From Octopus vulgaris (taxonomy: Eukaryota), in NCBI GenBank assembly GCA_951406725.2, contig OX597824.1:28334001-28398000 (forward strand): 64,000 bases of DNA, written 5' to 3'. Shown here in pieces: positions 30,972 through 46,798 of the stretch; positions within the stretch are counted from its first letter, which is position 1; each line of letters begins with the position of its first letter. The notes beneath the pieces were generated by a model. That model searched no databases. It worked only from the letters and a program-made list of their open reading frames with translations, and was not told the origin of the DNA. A program made the position numbers and the translations under genes.

Positions 30972-32114
30972 ACCTATTTATTACTACCCACAAGGGGCTA
31001 AACACAGAGTGGACGAACAAGGACAGACAAACGGATTAAGTCGATTATATCTATTTCTTTATTACCCACAAGGGGCTAAACATTGAGGGGACAGACAAGA
31101 ACAGACAAACGGATTAAGTCGATTACATCGACCCCAGTGTGTAACTGGTAGTTAATTTATCGACCCCGAAAGGATGAAAGGCAAAGTCGACCTCGGCGGA
31201 ATTTGAACTCAGAACGTAACGTCAGACGAAATACCTATTTCTTTATTACCCACAAGGGGCTAAACACAGAGGGGACAAACAAGGACAGGCATAGGTATTA
31301 AGTCGATTACATCGACCACAGTGTGTAACTGGTACTTAATTTATCGACCCCGAAAGGATGAAAGGCAAAGTCGACCTCGGCGGAATTTGAACTCAGAAAG
31401 TAACGTCAGACGAAATACCGCTAAGCATTTCGCCCGGCGTGCTAACGTTTCTGCCAGCTCGCCGCCTTTACGCCCTGAAACTTACCACCATCATCATCAT
31501 GTTTTCCTCTCGTCTATGATATTCAATTCCTAAATCTTTCCGATAGTCGACATCTTTTGAATTTGTATATCCGTTCTTCCCCTTTCCTTGTACATTCACC
31601 TCGAACTTTCCGTGGAACAATGTCAGTAAAGAAAAAGTATCAAGCAATTTTTCTTGCTGTGCCTTCCCAAATATATAATAAATTCAATATTTAAAGGAAG
31701 GCGGCGAGCTGGCAGAAACGTTAGCACGCCGGGCGAAATGCTTTGCGGTATTTCGTCCGCCACTGCGTTCTGAGTTCAAATTCCGCCGAGGTCGACTTTG
31801 CCTTTCATCCTTTCAGGGTCGATAAATTAAGTACCAGTTACGCACTGGGGTCGATGTAATCGATTTAATCAGTTTGTCTGTTCTTGTTTGTCCCCTCTGT
31901 GTTTAGCCCCTTGTGGGTAATAAAGAAATAGGTATTTCGTCCGCCACTGCGTTCTGAGTTCAAATTCCGCCGAGGTCGACTTTGCCTTTCATCCTTTCAG
32001 GGTCGATAAATTAAGTACCAGTTACGGACTGGGGTCGATGTAATCGACTTAATCAGTTTGTCTGTTCTTGTTTGTCCCCTCTGTGTTTAGCCCCTTGTGG
32101 GTAGTAAAGAAATA
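30972..32114. mobile_element. Two divergently oriented SINE family A tandem arrays (30972-31468 minus, 31698-32114 plus)
   Basis: Plus array has 183-bp near-identical units at 31748-31930 and 31931-32113. Confidence 0.85.
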
Positions 32115-32514
32115 AATATTTAATGTATAGTTTCAGAAGTGAGCTGGCAGAATCGTTATCACTCCGAGGAAAATGCCTAGTGGAATTTAGTCCGGGGCCG
32201 ATGTAATTGACTTACCCCCACCCACTCCCAAACTTGCTGGCCTTGTGTCAAAATTTGTAACCGGTATTTAATGTCTAGAAGGCTGTGTGTCGGCAGAATC
32301 GTTAGGACGCCGGATAAAATAACTAGCGACATTTCGTCCGTCCTTACGTTCTGATGTCAAATTCAACCTAGGTCGACTTTGCATCTAATCCTCTCGGGTT
32401 CGATAAAATATTTACTGGTTGAATACTGGGGTCAATGTAATCGATTTAACACACACTCTCTCTCTCACTCTCTCTGTGTCTCTGTGTCTCTCTGTCTCTC
32501 ACTCTCTCTCTGGC

Positions 32515-32550
<36 letters not shown>

Positions 32551-33134
32551 ACACACACGAAATTGTTGACCATGTACCAACATTTGAAACCAATATTTAA
32601 TGTCTAGCAGATATTAAATAATAACTTCATGAAGAACACAAGGATCTTACATATAGATTTCAGAGTTTGGCACAAGGCCAGCAGTTATCGACCCCGAAAG
32701 GATGAAGGGCATAGTCAACCTCGGCGGAATTTAAACTCAGAACGTAAAGACGGACGAAATGTCGCTAGGCATTTTGCAGCTCACCGCCTTTACGACTTGA
32801 TGTAGTACAACAAGTCATTGACTGTTGGCGCATTCGTAAAAAAAGAATTCTGATGATCACCTGTAATTAGAACAGACGTAATTGGGAATCGATGAAACAA
32901 ACTGACGTACGTACACTGCGAGGGTGTGTCTTTACGGACCCACAACGGACACCTGCGTTTAACTCTATCTATTTATATATATTATACAAAATATTTCCCG
33001 TAAGCCCATAGTTTCTACCTTTAAAAACAAGGAGTTACACCCTTTTTATTTATGTTACTTTTGCTACCCTAGTAACTACTTAACTATTTTTTTCCGTGTT
33101 AATTGTTAACAAGGGAAAAATAGACACAAATACA

Positions 33135-33170
<36 letters not shown>

Positions 33171-33232
33171 TATATATACGTTTAAATATTTGTTGTGCAA
33201 GATTTTTTATGTGAAGTCGTGTGTTGAAACAG

Positions 33233-35327
<2,095 letters not shown>

Positions 35328-35380
35328 TATATATATATATTTATATATATATATAGAGAGAGAGAGGGAGAGAGAGATGC

Positions 35381-35411
<31 letters not shown>

Positions 35412-35565
35412 ATGGTTCTGTGGCAAGTAGCTTGCTTACCAACCACATGGTTCTGGGATTCAGTCCCACTGCGTGGCACCTTGGGCAAGTGTCTTTTACT
35501 ATAGCCTCTGGCCGACCAAAGCCTTGTGAGTGGATTTGGTAAGCGGAAACTGAAAGAAGCCCGTC

Positions 35566-35616
<51 letters not shown>

Positions 35617-36712
35617 ACCTGCAAGTTCGAAGGAGATTGTGGTATCATCGACCGCAGTGTTTAACTGGTTCTTATTTTATCGGTCCCGAAAAGATGAAAG
35701 GTAAATTCAATCCCATCGGAGTTTGAACTCACAAAGTATAGATGGAGGAAACGCCACTAAGCATTTTGCACAACCCAGTAACGATTCTCCCTGCTCACCG
35801 CCTTATGATGACCAAATGTTGGCATAAGGCCAGCAGATTCTGTAGAGGGTTTCAGTTGATTACATCGAACCCAGCCCTCAACTGTGGCTTATGATATCGA
35901 CCCCGAAATGATAAAAGGCAAAGTCGACCCCGGCAGAATGTGAAGTCAGAGTGAAAAGACGGATAAAACTCCGCTAATCATTTTGTCCTGCGCGGTAACC
36001 ATTTCACGCACTCACCGCTTAATGACAACCAAAAAATTAGTAGCCGTTAATTGGAATAGTCGTATTGTAATGCTTTTTCGTGTGTCGGTTTCTTGTACAA
36101 CAAAAGTAACGTTTAACCTAGAATACTCAAAACTTGTCCTAGCTACACTTGCAATTTATGTATTCTGCCTCTGTTTCCGCGGACAGATCGACATCATTAC
36201 ATTCCCACACACTACATATACATACACTAAGTATTTAAGAATTTCCTTTGAGTTCTCATATTATCTCTCTCCTTCTCTCTTCCTTTCTCTTCCTCTCTCT
36301 TCCGTTCTCTTCCTCTCTCTTTGACTCTACATACCATCCGTATTCTTCAAAGTTGAATGTAATATAAGAGACTATTTCTTTACGGCATTGAAATTCTCAT
36401 ACAATTGAGACACTAAATGTTCTTGTTTTCTCCAACAGAATTTTCATGAAATCGATGAAACTGCAATACAGTAAGTGTAAATGTTGAAATCTCTAATTTA
36501 ACATGTATATATAAATATTATTGATTAAGTAGCTGTGTCTCTAATATCACTTAACATTTGATGAAATTAAATTCATTTTCGATATATTTCTTTAATATCA
36601 AGAGAATTTATGATTGCTGCTGTCTTATTGCAAAGGCCATGGTATTTCGTTTACACATGAGATTTGGAGTGTTATACTGCATTAAAGTGCACAAATACAC
36701 ACATAATCATCG

Positions 36713-36744
<32 letters not shown>

Positions 36745-37732
36745 GTACATGCACAACTCTATCGTCAGTCAATCGACGTATACACATACAAGGTTTCTCG
36801 CGAAAGTAATGTAAAAGATTACAGGTTCTTTTATAACTGATGTGAGAGTTTAACACTATTCATAATGGTGGAATAGTGAAGGCACGTGTCTAACTGGTTA
36901 GTGTATTCGGCTCACGATGTTAAGGTCCTGTGTTCGAATCCTGACGATGCGTAGAGTTCGTGTGCAAGATACTTGATTTCACGTTGCTCTAGTCTGCTCG
37001 GCTGGCAAACATGACAAGTACTTGTAGTACCTATATTTCAAAAGGTCAGTCTTCATACATTCTCTGTCCCACAGAATCTCCTTTAGAAATACCTTAAGGG
37101 TAGGGTACGCATGTGACGATCAAGCTTTTTATTTGATGAAGTGGATCCCTCATTGCAGTAACCGACAGAGTATCTGTTTCTTTATTGCCCACAAGGGGCT
37201 AAACATAGAGGGGACAAACAAGGACAGACAAACGGATTAAGTCAATTACATCGACCCCAGTGCGTAACTGGTTCTTAATTTATCGACCCCGACAGAGTAT
37301 CATTTACTGGTAGGATAACCGTTCTTCTATATTAACTCCTGTCCCAGTTCTTCACTACAGACATATAATGTGTTCGAAGCAGATGCCTGTATAGATATGT
37401 TTCTAAAAGGGATGATGAGGAAAATGACGTCATCCTGGAAGATGTACCTATTTTTGGTACATTATTTAAATATTCGCTCTGGTTAGTCTTTAAAAGTTTT
37501 TTTTAACCATCAGTTTCAAAAATAGTGAAATAAAAGTACTAAAGAGAAAGTATATATTCTAAAGATGAAATATATCCAACTTCAAAGTTTTGAGAACTAA
37601 GCAAAGAGAAATAATTACGATTATTTCCGTATTTATTCTTAACATGTCTAGGCAGGTACAGACTCAAAATAGACTTGCCAGTGTAGGTCACGTCATAAGA
37701 AAACATCTCCCTTTTTTCTATGACAGCGTGTG

Positions 37733-38055
37733 AAGGAACGTGGCCTAGTGGTTAGGGCATTCGGCTCACGATCCTAAGGTCGTGAGTTCAATTCTCAGCG
37801 ACGCGTTGTGTCCTTGAGCAAAACAATTTATTTCACGTTGCTCCTGTCCACTTCGCTAGCAAGAATGAGTAGTACATGTATTTCAAAAGGACCAGCCTTG
37901 TCATATTCTGTGTCATACTGAATCTCCCTGAGAACTACATTAAGGGCACACGTGCTTGTGGAATGCTCAGCCACTTGCACGTTAATTTCACGAGCAAGCT
38001 GGTCCATTGATCGTATCAGCTGGGACCCTTGTCGTCGTAACCGACGGAGTGCTCC
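37733..38055 (+). mobile_element. SINE family C, older copy (another at about 36880-37170)
   Basis: tRNA-like head TGGCCTAGTGGTTAGG..GAGTTCAATTC and tail GTCGTAACCGACGGAGTGC shared with 47977-48362. Confidence 0.75.
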
Positions 38056-38530
38056 TCATGATAGCGTATTCAACACACATGGCTAATTAGCGAACGACAT
38101 TCTGAGACATCAGTATTTCGATATGCTGCGACTCGTCAGCCATATACATACAGAACATTAAGCTTAAATGAAACCGTTGGCTTTGTTTATACTTTGACCG
38201 ACAAAAGGATTTTCTGATCGGTGCTTATATTTGCCAACCGACAAAAGTTTTCCATGTGTCTTGTGTACAACGCCACTCGGCACGATTATTCGCGTATTTA
38301 TTCTTCACACATATGTAGAGTTTCTGACGGAAAATATGTCGTATATGTCAGAGGAGAATCATGGGAGAATAAGTTCTCCCATTTCGACACATGTCGAAAT
38401 GTCGCTGTCCCAGAAAGCCGTTTGCCAATGAGCCGAGAGTATTGAATAGACTGTCAGATGAATATGGTACTTAAGTTAAAGACACCAGAATTTAGTATGG
38501 AATTATCCATAAAATTTAAAATAAGGTGAT

Positions 38531-38892
38531 TATTATCAAAACAAGCAACAAGGATATCCAGAGGTAATGCAGTAAGATCGTTTCATGCGACTCCATTTAA
38601 TTAAAAAATGTAAACATAACATCAATTTAAAATGTAGAGCAAACTTCAGCTGCATAAAAATATAGAATTTAGTTAAATTCGAAGGACTCATTTGTGGACT
38701 CATTTGTATAATTATACAAATGAGTCCACAAATGAGTCCTTCGAATTTAACTAGATTCTATGTTTTTTGTGCAGCTGAAGATTGCTCTACATTTTAAATT
38801 GATGTAATGCTTGCATTGTTCAATTAAATACAGTCGCATGAAACGATCGTACTGCATTACCTCTGGATATCCTTGTTCCTTATTTTGATTAT
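38531..38892. repeat. Spacer-less palindrome of about 360 bp made of two PLE-like terminal repeats, with an HHR in each arm
   Basis: Centre 38711/38712. Plus-strand HHR at 38770-38856: tgcag CTGAAGA [long stem II] GAA ACGATCGT A ctgca. Confidence 0.9.
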
Positions 38893-39499
38893 ATATATAT
38901 ATTTTTTCACACTGACACACAGGTACTCGCATTAGGTTATGTATGTATGTTTGTTGTATATACAGCGATTTCCGTATATAGATAATATTTAGTGACACAT
39001 ATACGCTTGCACATGCTCGCACTCAAGCATACACAAACGCACACACACATACACACGCAAAAAAAAAGAAAATTTTCTACGCTTCATATCTCAACAACCT
39101 GGAAAGCCTACCGTGTATACCTGGAAAGCCTACCGATCCAAGATTAAATTGAACTGAAGATCAGAGCGTCTACTTCATCCTCTGAAAATGTCTAACAAAC
39201 GGTCTCGTTGATTTCTTACTTGTGATGTTTATTCTAATAAACTTACTGCAGTACAAAATAGACGGACTATCCTATGTTGTAAATAGATATACACAAGCAC
39301 GCAATAAACATGACACGGAAATTTTTCGAAAGGCATGAGCACTCGAACAAATCTTCTCACCCATACAGACACACGCACACGCATGTATACGCATGCACTC
39401 ACACACACACGCACATACACACTCAAACATGCATACATAAACACAATCAGAAAACCCATATATATATATATATGTGAGAGCGAGTCTAAGCATACACAC

Positions 39500-39541
<42 letters not shown>

Positions 39542-39671
39542 GCATATATATATACATGTGTATATGTTTATATACACAAACACATATATACACACACATA
39601 TATGTACATATATATATATACATATATACATACATACATGTATATATCCATATATGTATATATATATACAC

Positions 39672-39736
<65 letters not shown>

Positions 39737-39755
39737 TATATATATACATATATAT

Positions 39756-39807
<52 letters not shown>

Positions 39808-40206
39808 CTACTTACATCACATGTTGAACCTGAATAGTCGCCATTAATCAACTACGCCATTTCAGTCACTTCCATCACGCTTTTATTATTGTTCTGTATA
39901 GTATTTGTAATAAATAAATAAACGTCTATTTTTCCCTTCGCCGTCTTCATTTTTTCTTCTTTTTTTTTTCTTTTTTCTTGATTCCTTTATTTTTCTTCTC
40001 TTATTTCTTCTTCCTTTTCTTCATTCATTATCTTACAATATATGGTAATGAAAACACAGAAATAAATAAGACAGTTTTAACTTGTTAAAAGATCTACACG
40101 ATGCACGGTCCCACAAACCTTCTAAATAGGGAAGCTTTTCGTTTTAGCTTCGCGTTTTCTTCATCATTATCATTATCATTATTATTACTATTATTATTAT
40201 TATTAC

Positions 40207-40269
<63 letters not shown>

Positions 40270-40730
40270 TACTATTACTATCATTATTATTATTATTACT
40301 ATTATTATTTTTTTTTTTTTTCAAATATATGAGTGGTGTGTCTTGGTTCTTGAATCTTGGCTTCAGGCTCCGGTACTAATGAAGACTATAGATTGCTGTC
40401 TTTTGTTTGATGAATGCTTGGGAAATTACATTACCATTTTCCACCTCCGGCTGGTCACGAAAACCAATTCTACTGTGATGACATAACCCTAATCAGTTAT
40501 CATTGTCGCTGACTGAAAATTAACCACCTTTATTATCAGCTTCATTGAAACGACACCTACCTACCACACACCGAACAAATCAGAGAACTGATACACTTCT
40601 ATGTGTGTTCCCTTCCCTCATTTCCTTCTCTCTTCACTTTTTCTTCTTTTCTGTATCTCCTTGCCTCCTGCTCTCGCTCATATTCTCAATCGCTTTACCT
40701 CCGTCTTTTCCTCTATCTATCAATCAATCA

Positions 40731-40830
<100 letters not shown>

Positions 40831-40981
40831 GTCTATCTATCTGTCTGTCTGTCTATTCGTTTGTCTGTCTTTCACTCAAACACTCATTTCGGACTTCCCC
40901 ACGCTGTCTTTCAACATTCATCCGCCATATTCTTTCTCCCACTCTGTTTATCCCAATCTCCTTCTATTTCCTTATCACCCC

Positions 40982-41059
<78 letters not shown>

Positions 41060-41189
41060 CTTGCTCTCTTCTGCAACCTTTCGTTCCGAGTCTCTTCCGC
41101 ACTATCTCTCACACTCTCTGCTTCTCTCTCGATCTCCTACTCACAATATATTTGTAGATAAAAAGAAAGATAGGTAGATAAATAGATAC

Positions 41190-41261
<72 letters not shown>

Positions 41262-41272
41262 GGATAAATAGG

Positions 41273-41320
<48 letters not shown>

Positions 41321-41446
41321 CAGACAGATATGCATGCATTTATGTACATGTATATGTATATATAAAATATACACAGATACACACAGACACACATATATGC
41401 ATATATCGAAATATATATATAATATATGGGCGTATGTATGTGTGTA

Positions 41447-41502
<56 letters not shown>

Positions 41503-41855
41503 TATGTATACGTATATATGTGTATATATGTATATATACATGCATATATACTCACATACAAGCCCACACAGACACACACAATATATATATATATATATGC
41601 ATACATACACAAAAACCAATCTGGTTCCACTAATGCAGTAGCATTATTTATAACTCTACACTTGCATTGACATCGTAAACTTCAATATCGTCGTCGGCCA
41701 GTTTTACAGATTTGTTTCGATGCTGCTTTCTCTTTTTTTTTTTTATTTCCACTTGACATTACTTTTATTGAAGGTCAGCGACAATCATACCTGATATCTG
41801 AAATAGTTTAACACACCTCAGTGTATATATATATATATATATATTTATAAGTATG

Positions 41856-41911
<56 letters not shown>

Positions 41912-43892
41912 AATATATGTATGTATATATGTGTGTGTGTCTGTAAATGTGTTACGGATGTTTTATTTAAGAATGCATATGTATATGTGTGTCATGTTTG
42001 TAATCCAGTGATGTTTTTGTAGGCAAAGACATATGCACCATTTGCCTATATTTTTGTGTATGTATTCAAAGTGCGTGCATATAAATGTATACATATATAT
42101 ATATATATATGTATATGCATTTATATATACATATGCTCATATGCATACAAATATATACACATAGATTCAAACCGATATACATACATGCACACTTACACAC
42201 GTGTATGTTCGTGTATAGTTATCGAAAGAGTAAACGTGCAGTGTCGTTTACCACTGTAAATGCTCGTTGAACAATGCTGTAATAGTGTTTATGTATGCGT
42301 GCGTGAGCATACATGTGCACGCGCACGTGATCGTCTGTAAACCTGTCTGTATGCATACGTGTACCGGCAAGTCTGTGCGGATGTGTGTTTGCAATGTATC
42401 CAAATAACCTTGACTTGCATGTTTGTCTTCAGGGAATAGAAACCAGTTTAAGATTAAGTCTTTATTTGTGTCGCTTTCATATACACTTTGTTTAATGATG
42501 TACTTATATTTCGTTGGTGCACGTTACAGCCTCCCGATCGTGACTGACTGCGATAGATTATGAATGCTTTACGGGGGAGATGGAAAAACACACAGTAAAC
42601 TTTAGTCTAAACCATGTTCTAGGCTGCTGTGGGGCCCTATGCAAGTAAAATATTAACATCGATTTAGTTCTTCTAAATCTTGGTTTGATGTTGTTTGCGC
42701 ACAAATGATGTGTCAATAAGTTTATGCATTTTTCTTGATTTTAATTAAATGCGAAGAAAATTTTGGACTATCAGGCGTAGTTTTTTGCCGCTAAATTGGA
42801 TCTTTCTCCATCCTTGTCCTGTTTTCTAGAAGTCAGCAAGTACATCATAATATTTTCACTTGGCGCCAAAAATAACTCTTCAGTCACGCTTGGGAGTTGA
42901 CTAGACCTGATCCTAGAGGAAATCGAAAAAATCCTACAGTCAGTTATGCTTATCGTAGTGAGGATAAATTGTCCTCTTGTCAACTTCAAATGTCGTGTAG
43001 CAACTGATACCGAAACATGGCTAAGCGCCTTACTTTCTCACGGATTTGATAAAATGAATTCAAGTAGATTACTTCATCAGTCAGCAACGTGCACAAGCAT
43101 ATGACTATCATAAAATAACAGGTTCCTTATATCCTACGTTGTTATATGCCCGATAATATTATATAGTGAAAAGTTGCAAAGTATTTTCGCAATCACGCTT
43201 ATATTATTGCAACTGTTGTCTTTTAGAGTCTGCTTTACGAGATATTTAGTCTCTCTGCGACTCTCTGGTAGAAGCTCCTTTTAATAGCTATTCGTTAACG
43301 AAATTAAATTCACCTTTTAAAAACTTGAATTTGATTTTGGTTAAGTTTAGATTTGAGCTGACATCAAACATCTCAATGGTAACAACTTCTGCATCTTTCA
43401 GGTTCTTAGATTCCCAAAATGGGTCATAATGACTGACTTCATGATCATAACATCGAAGTCCAATAGCCTTTCGGAAATCTCTCCCATTCACAGAAACTCT
43501 AGGTTGAGAGGAACTCTTCATGCAAATCGAAAAGTTATCAAGATTGTAAAATGAAGTTCAGACTATTCTCGGGAGTATATATAAATATTTGTAGGCGACT
43601 AAGTCTGGAAAATCTGACAAAGTACACAAGATGCAACTAGTTTTGCAAGACACCAGAAAGTTGTATTTCCCATCTTTGCAATTAGCGTAGTTATTAATAT
43701 TGTAACTAAAAATAAGGATAATTGATTTTATTGGCACCATTCAACGCCACCAGTAACATATGTTGCTGATTAAAAGCAGCAATGTTTGGGAAAAATAAGT
43801 AATATACATATATACATATATAGATATATAGTTGGAATACACAAAAAAAGACGAAAACAGGTGTATAAACAACGCCCGGGGAGGTGAGAAAG

Positions 43893-43930
43893 CCTTTTAC
43901 GTTTCGAGCTTACGCTCTTCAACAGAGAGG
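43893..43930 (-). ncRNA. Minimal type I hammerhead-like motif, A6U variant
   Basis: Minus: cctct CTGTTGA a gagc gtaa gctc GAA ACGT A aaagg. Confidence 0.6.
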
Positions 43931-44520
43931 AACACTAAAAAATAAACAGAGAGAGAATACACTGTTTATAGTTCCGTTATAGGGATCAACAAAAGAAGTA
44001 ATCCATCCAGTAAGAGATAAATATAATATAATATACACAAGTCAAAAAGGGTTGCTAACAATTTAACAGTTTCATGCTTTAGAAATACTATAAGCTTATA
44101 TAGAATGCCATGTATGTCCAAGCGATCTTCCAGGCTCAGTGCATATCGTCAGATGTATTTAAAAACCAGGACGCTGCTAAATGCGAAAAGATGAGAGAAA
44201 AAAGAACGAGAAGAAAAAATGCAAAAGTCGGGTGGTACAAAAACTGGTTATTGTTTTTTGGTTTTGCTTTCCATTCTTCTCTGATGTTGTCACATTGCCG
44301 AGCGTCTTGTTTATTGTTTAGATATATTTGATGGTATGCATGGGTCCTCATACATGGCATGTTATACAATCTGCCAATTAATTGCTGTATCTTTGAAGTA
44401 TGAAAGTATTAGTAGCTCTTTGGTAAATTGTGCTTATTAAAAGATACGTATATACATATTTATATATAAATATGTGTGTGTGTATGTATGTATGTATGTA
44501 TGTATGTATGTATGTATGTG

Positions 44521-44604
<84 letters not shown>

Positions 44605-44820
44605 GTGGAGGCGCAATGGCCCAGTGGTTAGGGCAGCGGACTCGCGGTCATAGGATCGCGGTTTCGATTCCCAGACCGGGCATTGTGAGTGTTTATTGAG
44701 CGAAAACACCTAAAAGCTCCACGAGGCTCAGCCACTTACACGTTAATTTCACGAGCAGGCTGTTCCGTTGATTCGGATCAACCGGAACCCTCATCGTCGT
44801 AACCGACGGAGTGCTTCCCC
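44605..44820 (+). mobile_element. SINE family C with internal deletion
   Basis: Head almost identical to 47977. Jumps from ..GAGGCTC to CTCAGCCAC.., lacking about 170 bp. Confidence 0.85.
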
Positions 44821-44884
44821 ATCCATATATATACATATATGTTTTATTTTATTGTGGAATCTTCTTTGTGAAATCTTTTATCCC

Positions 44885-45240
44885 TGCCGTAAGGCTTCAT
44901 TTCCAAACACACCAGCTTAATTTAATTCGTCCTTAGTCGAAAGATACTTGTTGTTATGTTCAGTTTATTTGTGTAAAATTCCGTGTTTGTTTTTACATAC
45001 ATTCGCTGCTTTCTTCTAAAGAATCAAACGCTCTTTGCTTAGTTTTACCTTGGGGCTGGCCAGAATGGAGCAATCGCAAGTATAATCAGCCGAAATTGCG
45101 AAGATAATCTGGTACTTGACTGATGATAGAATACTTCGAATGACCCGTCCTTGTTTTCTTTGTATCGTCTATCTGGATGAATTGTTGTCCTATTTTGATA
45201 TCACCTAACTAGTCGGATGTTTTGCGTTCTTGTCCCACTT
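44885..45240 (+). mobile_element. Repeat family X fragment with a rearranged hammerhead-like motif at 45069-45126
   Basis: Homologous to 46410-46765 and rc of 15480-15642. Confidence 0.6.
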
Positions 45241-45246
45241 TGTATT

Positions 45247-45298
<52 letters not shown>

Positions 45299-45387
45299 AT
45301 ATATATATACATAAATGTTTGTGTGCGTATATATATAAGTGTATACATATATACATGCATCTATCTATATGTATATACATATACACA

Positions 45388-45454
<67 letters not shown>

Positions 45455-46761
45455 ATTTAAATATCATGAATATTCCAGCCATGATACCATATTTATACGT
45501 ATACACCACTATTTATCTCCTGTATATTTTATTACAATATATAAATCTACATTTCCCTCGCAACTACCAAACGATTAAAGAATGTCGAGCATTTCACACG
45601 TCGTTCATTTGACTACATAAACAGGAGATCTTCAAATGTATTTCACACAATCATAATCATACATCGCCATTATATCCGACTGAAATTTCATTCTGAAAAG
45701 GAAAATTTTAAAAAAATTAAACAAGAACAAATATTATATATATTCTCGGGAAAAAACTAAAAATCAAATTAGCTAATTTGTATACCATAACAGCTTTATA
45801 TACAACTGTATAAATGAATAAATGGAAAATGTGATACATATTTTCGTAAAATAGCTATGAAAAAGAAAAAATTAATAATGGAAAAATTGAACATTTCCAA
45901 AGATAATATGCTATCTAAAGTATAAAACTTTAGAGTACCTATATTAGAGGCTTTTAAAGTAGTTACCGCCTGCCGTTTGTACGTATACATACACACACAT
46001 GCACGTACATATGCAAACCCACACAGGCACAATCGCACATACACACACACACATATATATACATCGTTGAAAGGGTGATAAACTGAGGTATTCGTCTTAA
46101 GATAGCATTCTTATTAGACGCGTACCTACTTTAAGTATGATGTGCAGAGTGTTGTTTTGAATTACTATTGCGTCTGTCGCTCATATTTTATTCAGCTAGC
46201 CGGGCTATTTCCTAGACAATGAATTTTCAATCACTATTTTACATTATCAATATATGTATATATATATATATTCTTCTGTCCCTCTGCTTCTACTTCTCTC
46301 TCCTCTCTTCCCACGTGACCGATTGGCCAACCTGCTCTTTCTTCTTGGTCTGACCGTGCTCCGTGCAACATTGATATTCTTCCCTGTGTTTGTGAAATCC
46401 TTGCATCTCTGCCATAAGGCTTCATTTCCACACGCGCCAGCTTAATTCAATCCGTCCTTAGTCGAAAGAAACCAGTTGTTATTTCCTGATATCATTTTTT
46501 TCCGTCCTTGGTTTTGTATACATTCGCTGCTTTCTTCCAAGGAATCAAATGCTCTTAGCTTAGTATTTCCTTGGGGCTGTCCAGATTGGAGCAATCTCCT
46601 GAATATTCAGCTGAAATTGCGAGGATAATCTGGATCTTGACTGAAGATAAAAAACTTCGAATGACCCGTCCTTGTTTTCTCTGTATCGTTTATCTGGATG
46701 TTTTGTTGTTTCCTTTTTGCATCACCTAGTTTTCTGGATGTTTTGAATTCGTGTCCTATTT

Positions 46762-46798
<37 letters not shown>

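Noticed and set aside
30972-32114. Regularly spaced repeats that might suggest a CRISPR array
   Set aside because: The units are whole SINE bodies of about 180 bp with no unique spacers and no cas genes, in a eukaryotic context.
32850-32900. CTGATGA ... GAAA
   Set aside because: No UH site and no stem I or stem III complementarity.
39153-39196. CTGAAGA..agag/ctct..GAAA atg TC hammerhead-like string
   Set aside because: Stem I does not pair and stem III is not self-complementary. At best a decayed copy.
40484-40492. TAACCCTAA resembling a telomerase RNA template, next to GTGATGA...CTGA resembling C/D snoRNA boxes
   Set aside because: A 9-mer is expected by chance in 64 kb of AT-rich DNA. 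No pseudoknot or H/ACA context was seen, and the C-D spacing (about 40 nt) is too short.
44605-44680. tRNA-like sequences at SINE heads (also 47977, 58495 and 12186)
   Set aside because: They run directly into SINE bodies and lack a proper acceptor stem and terminator, so they are not tRNA genes.
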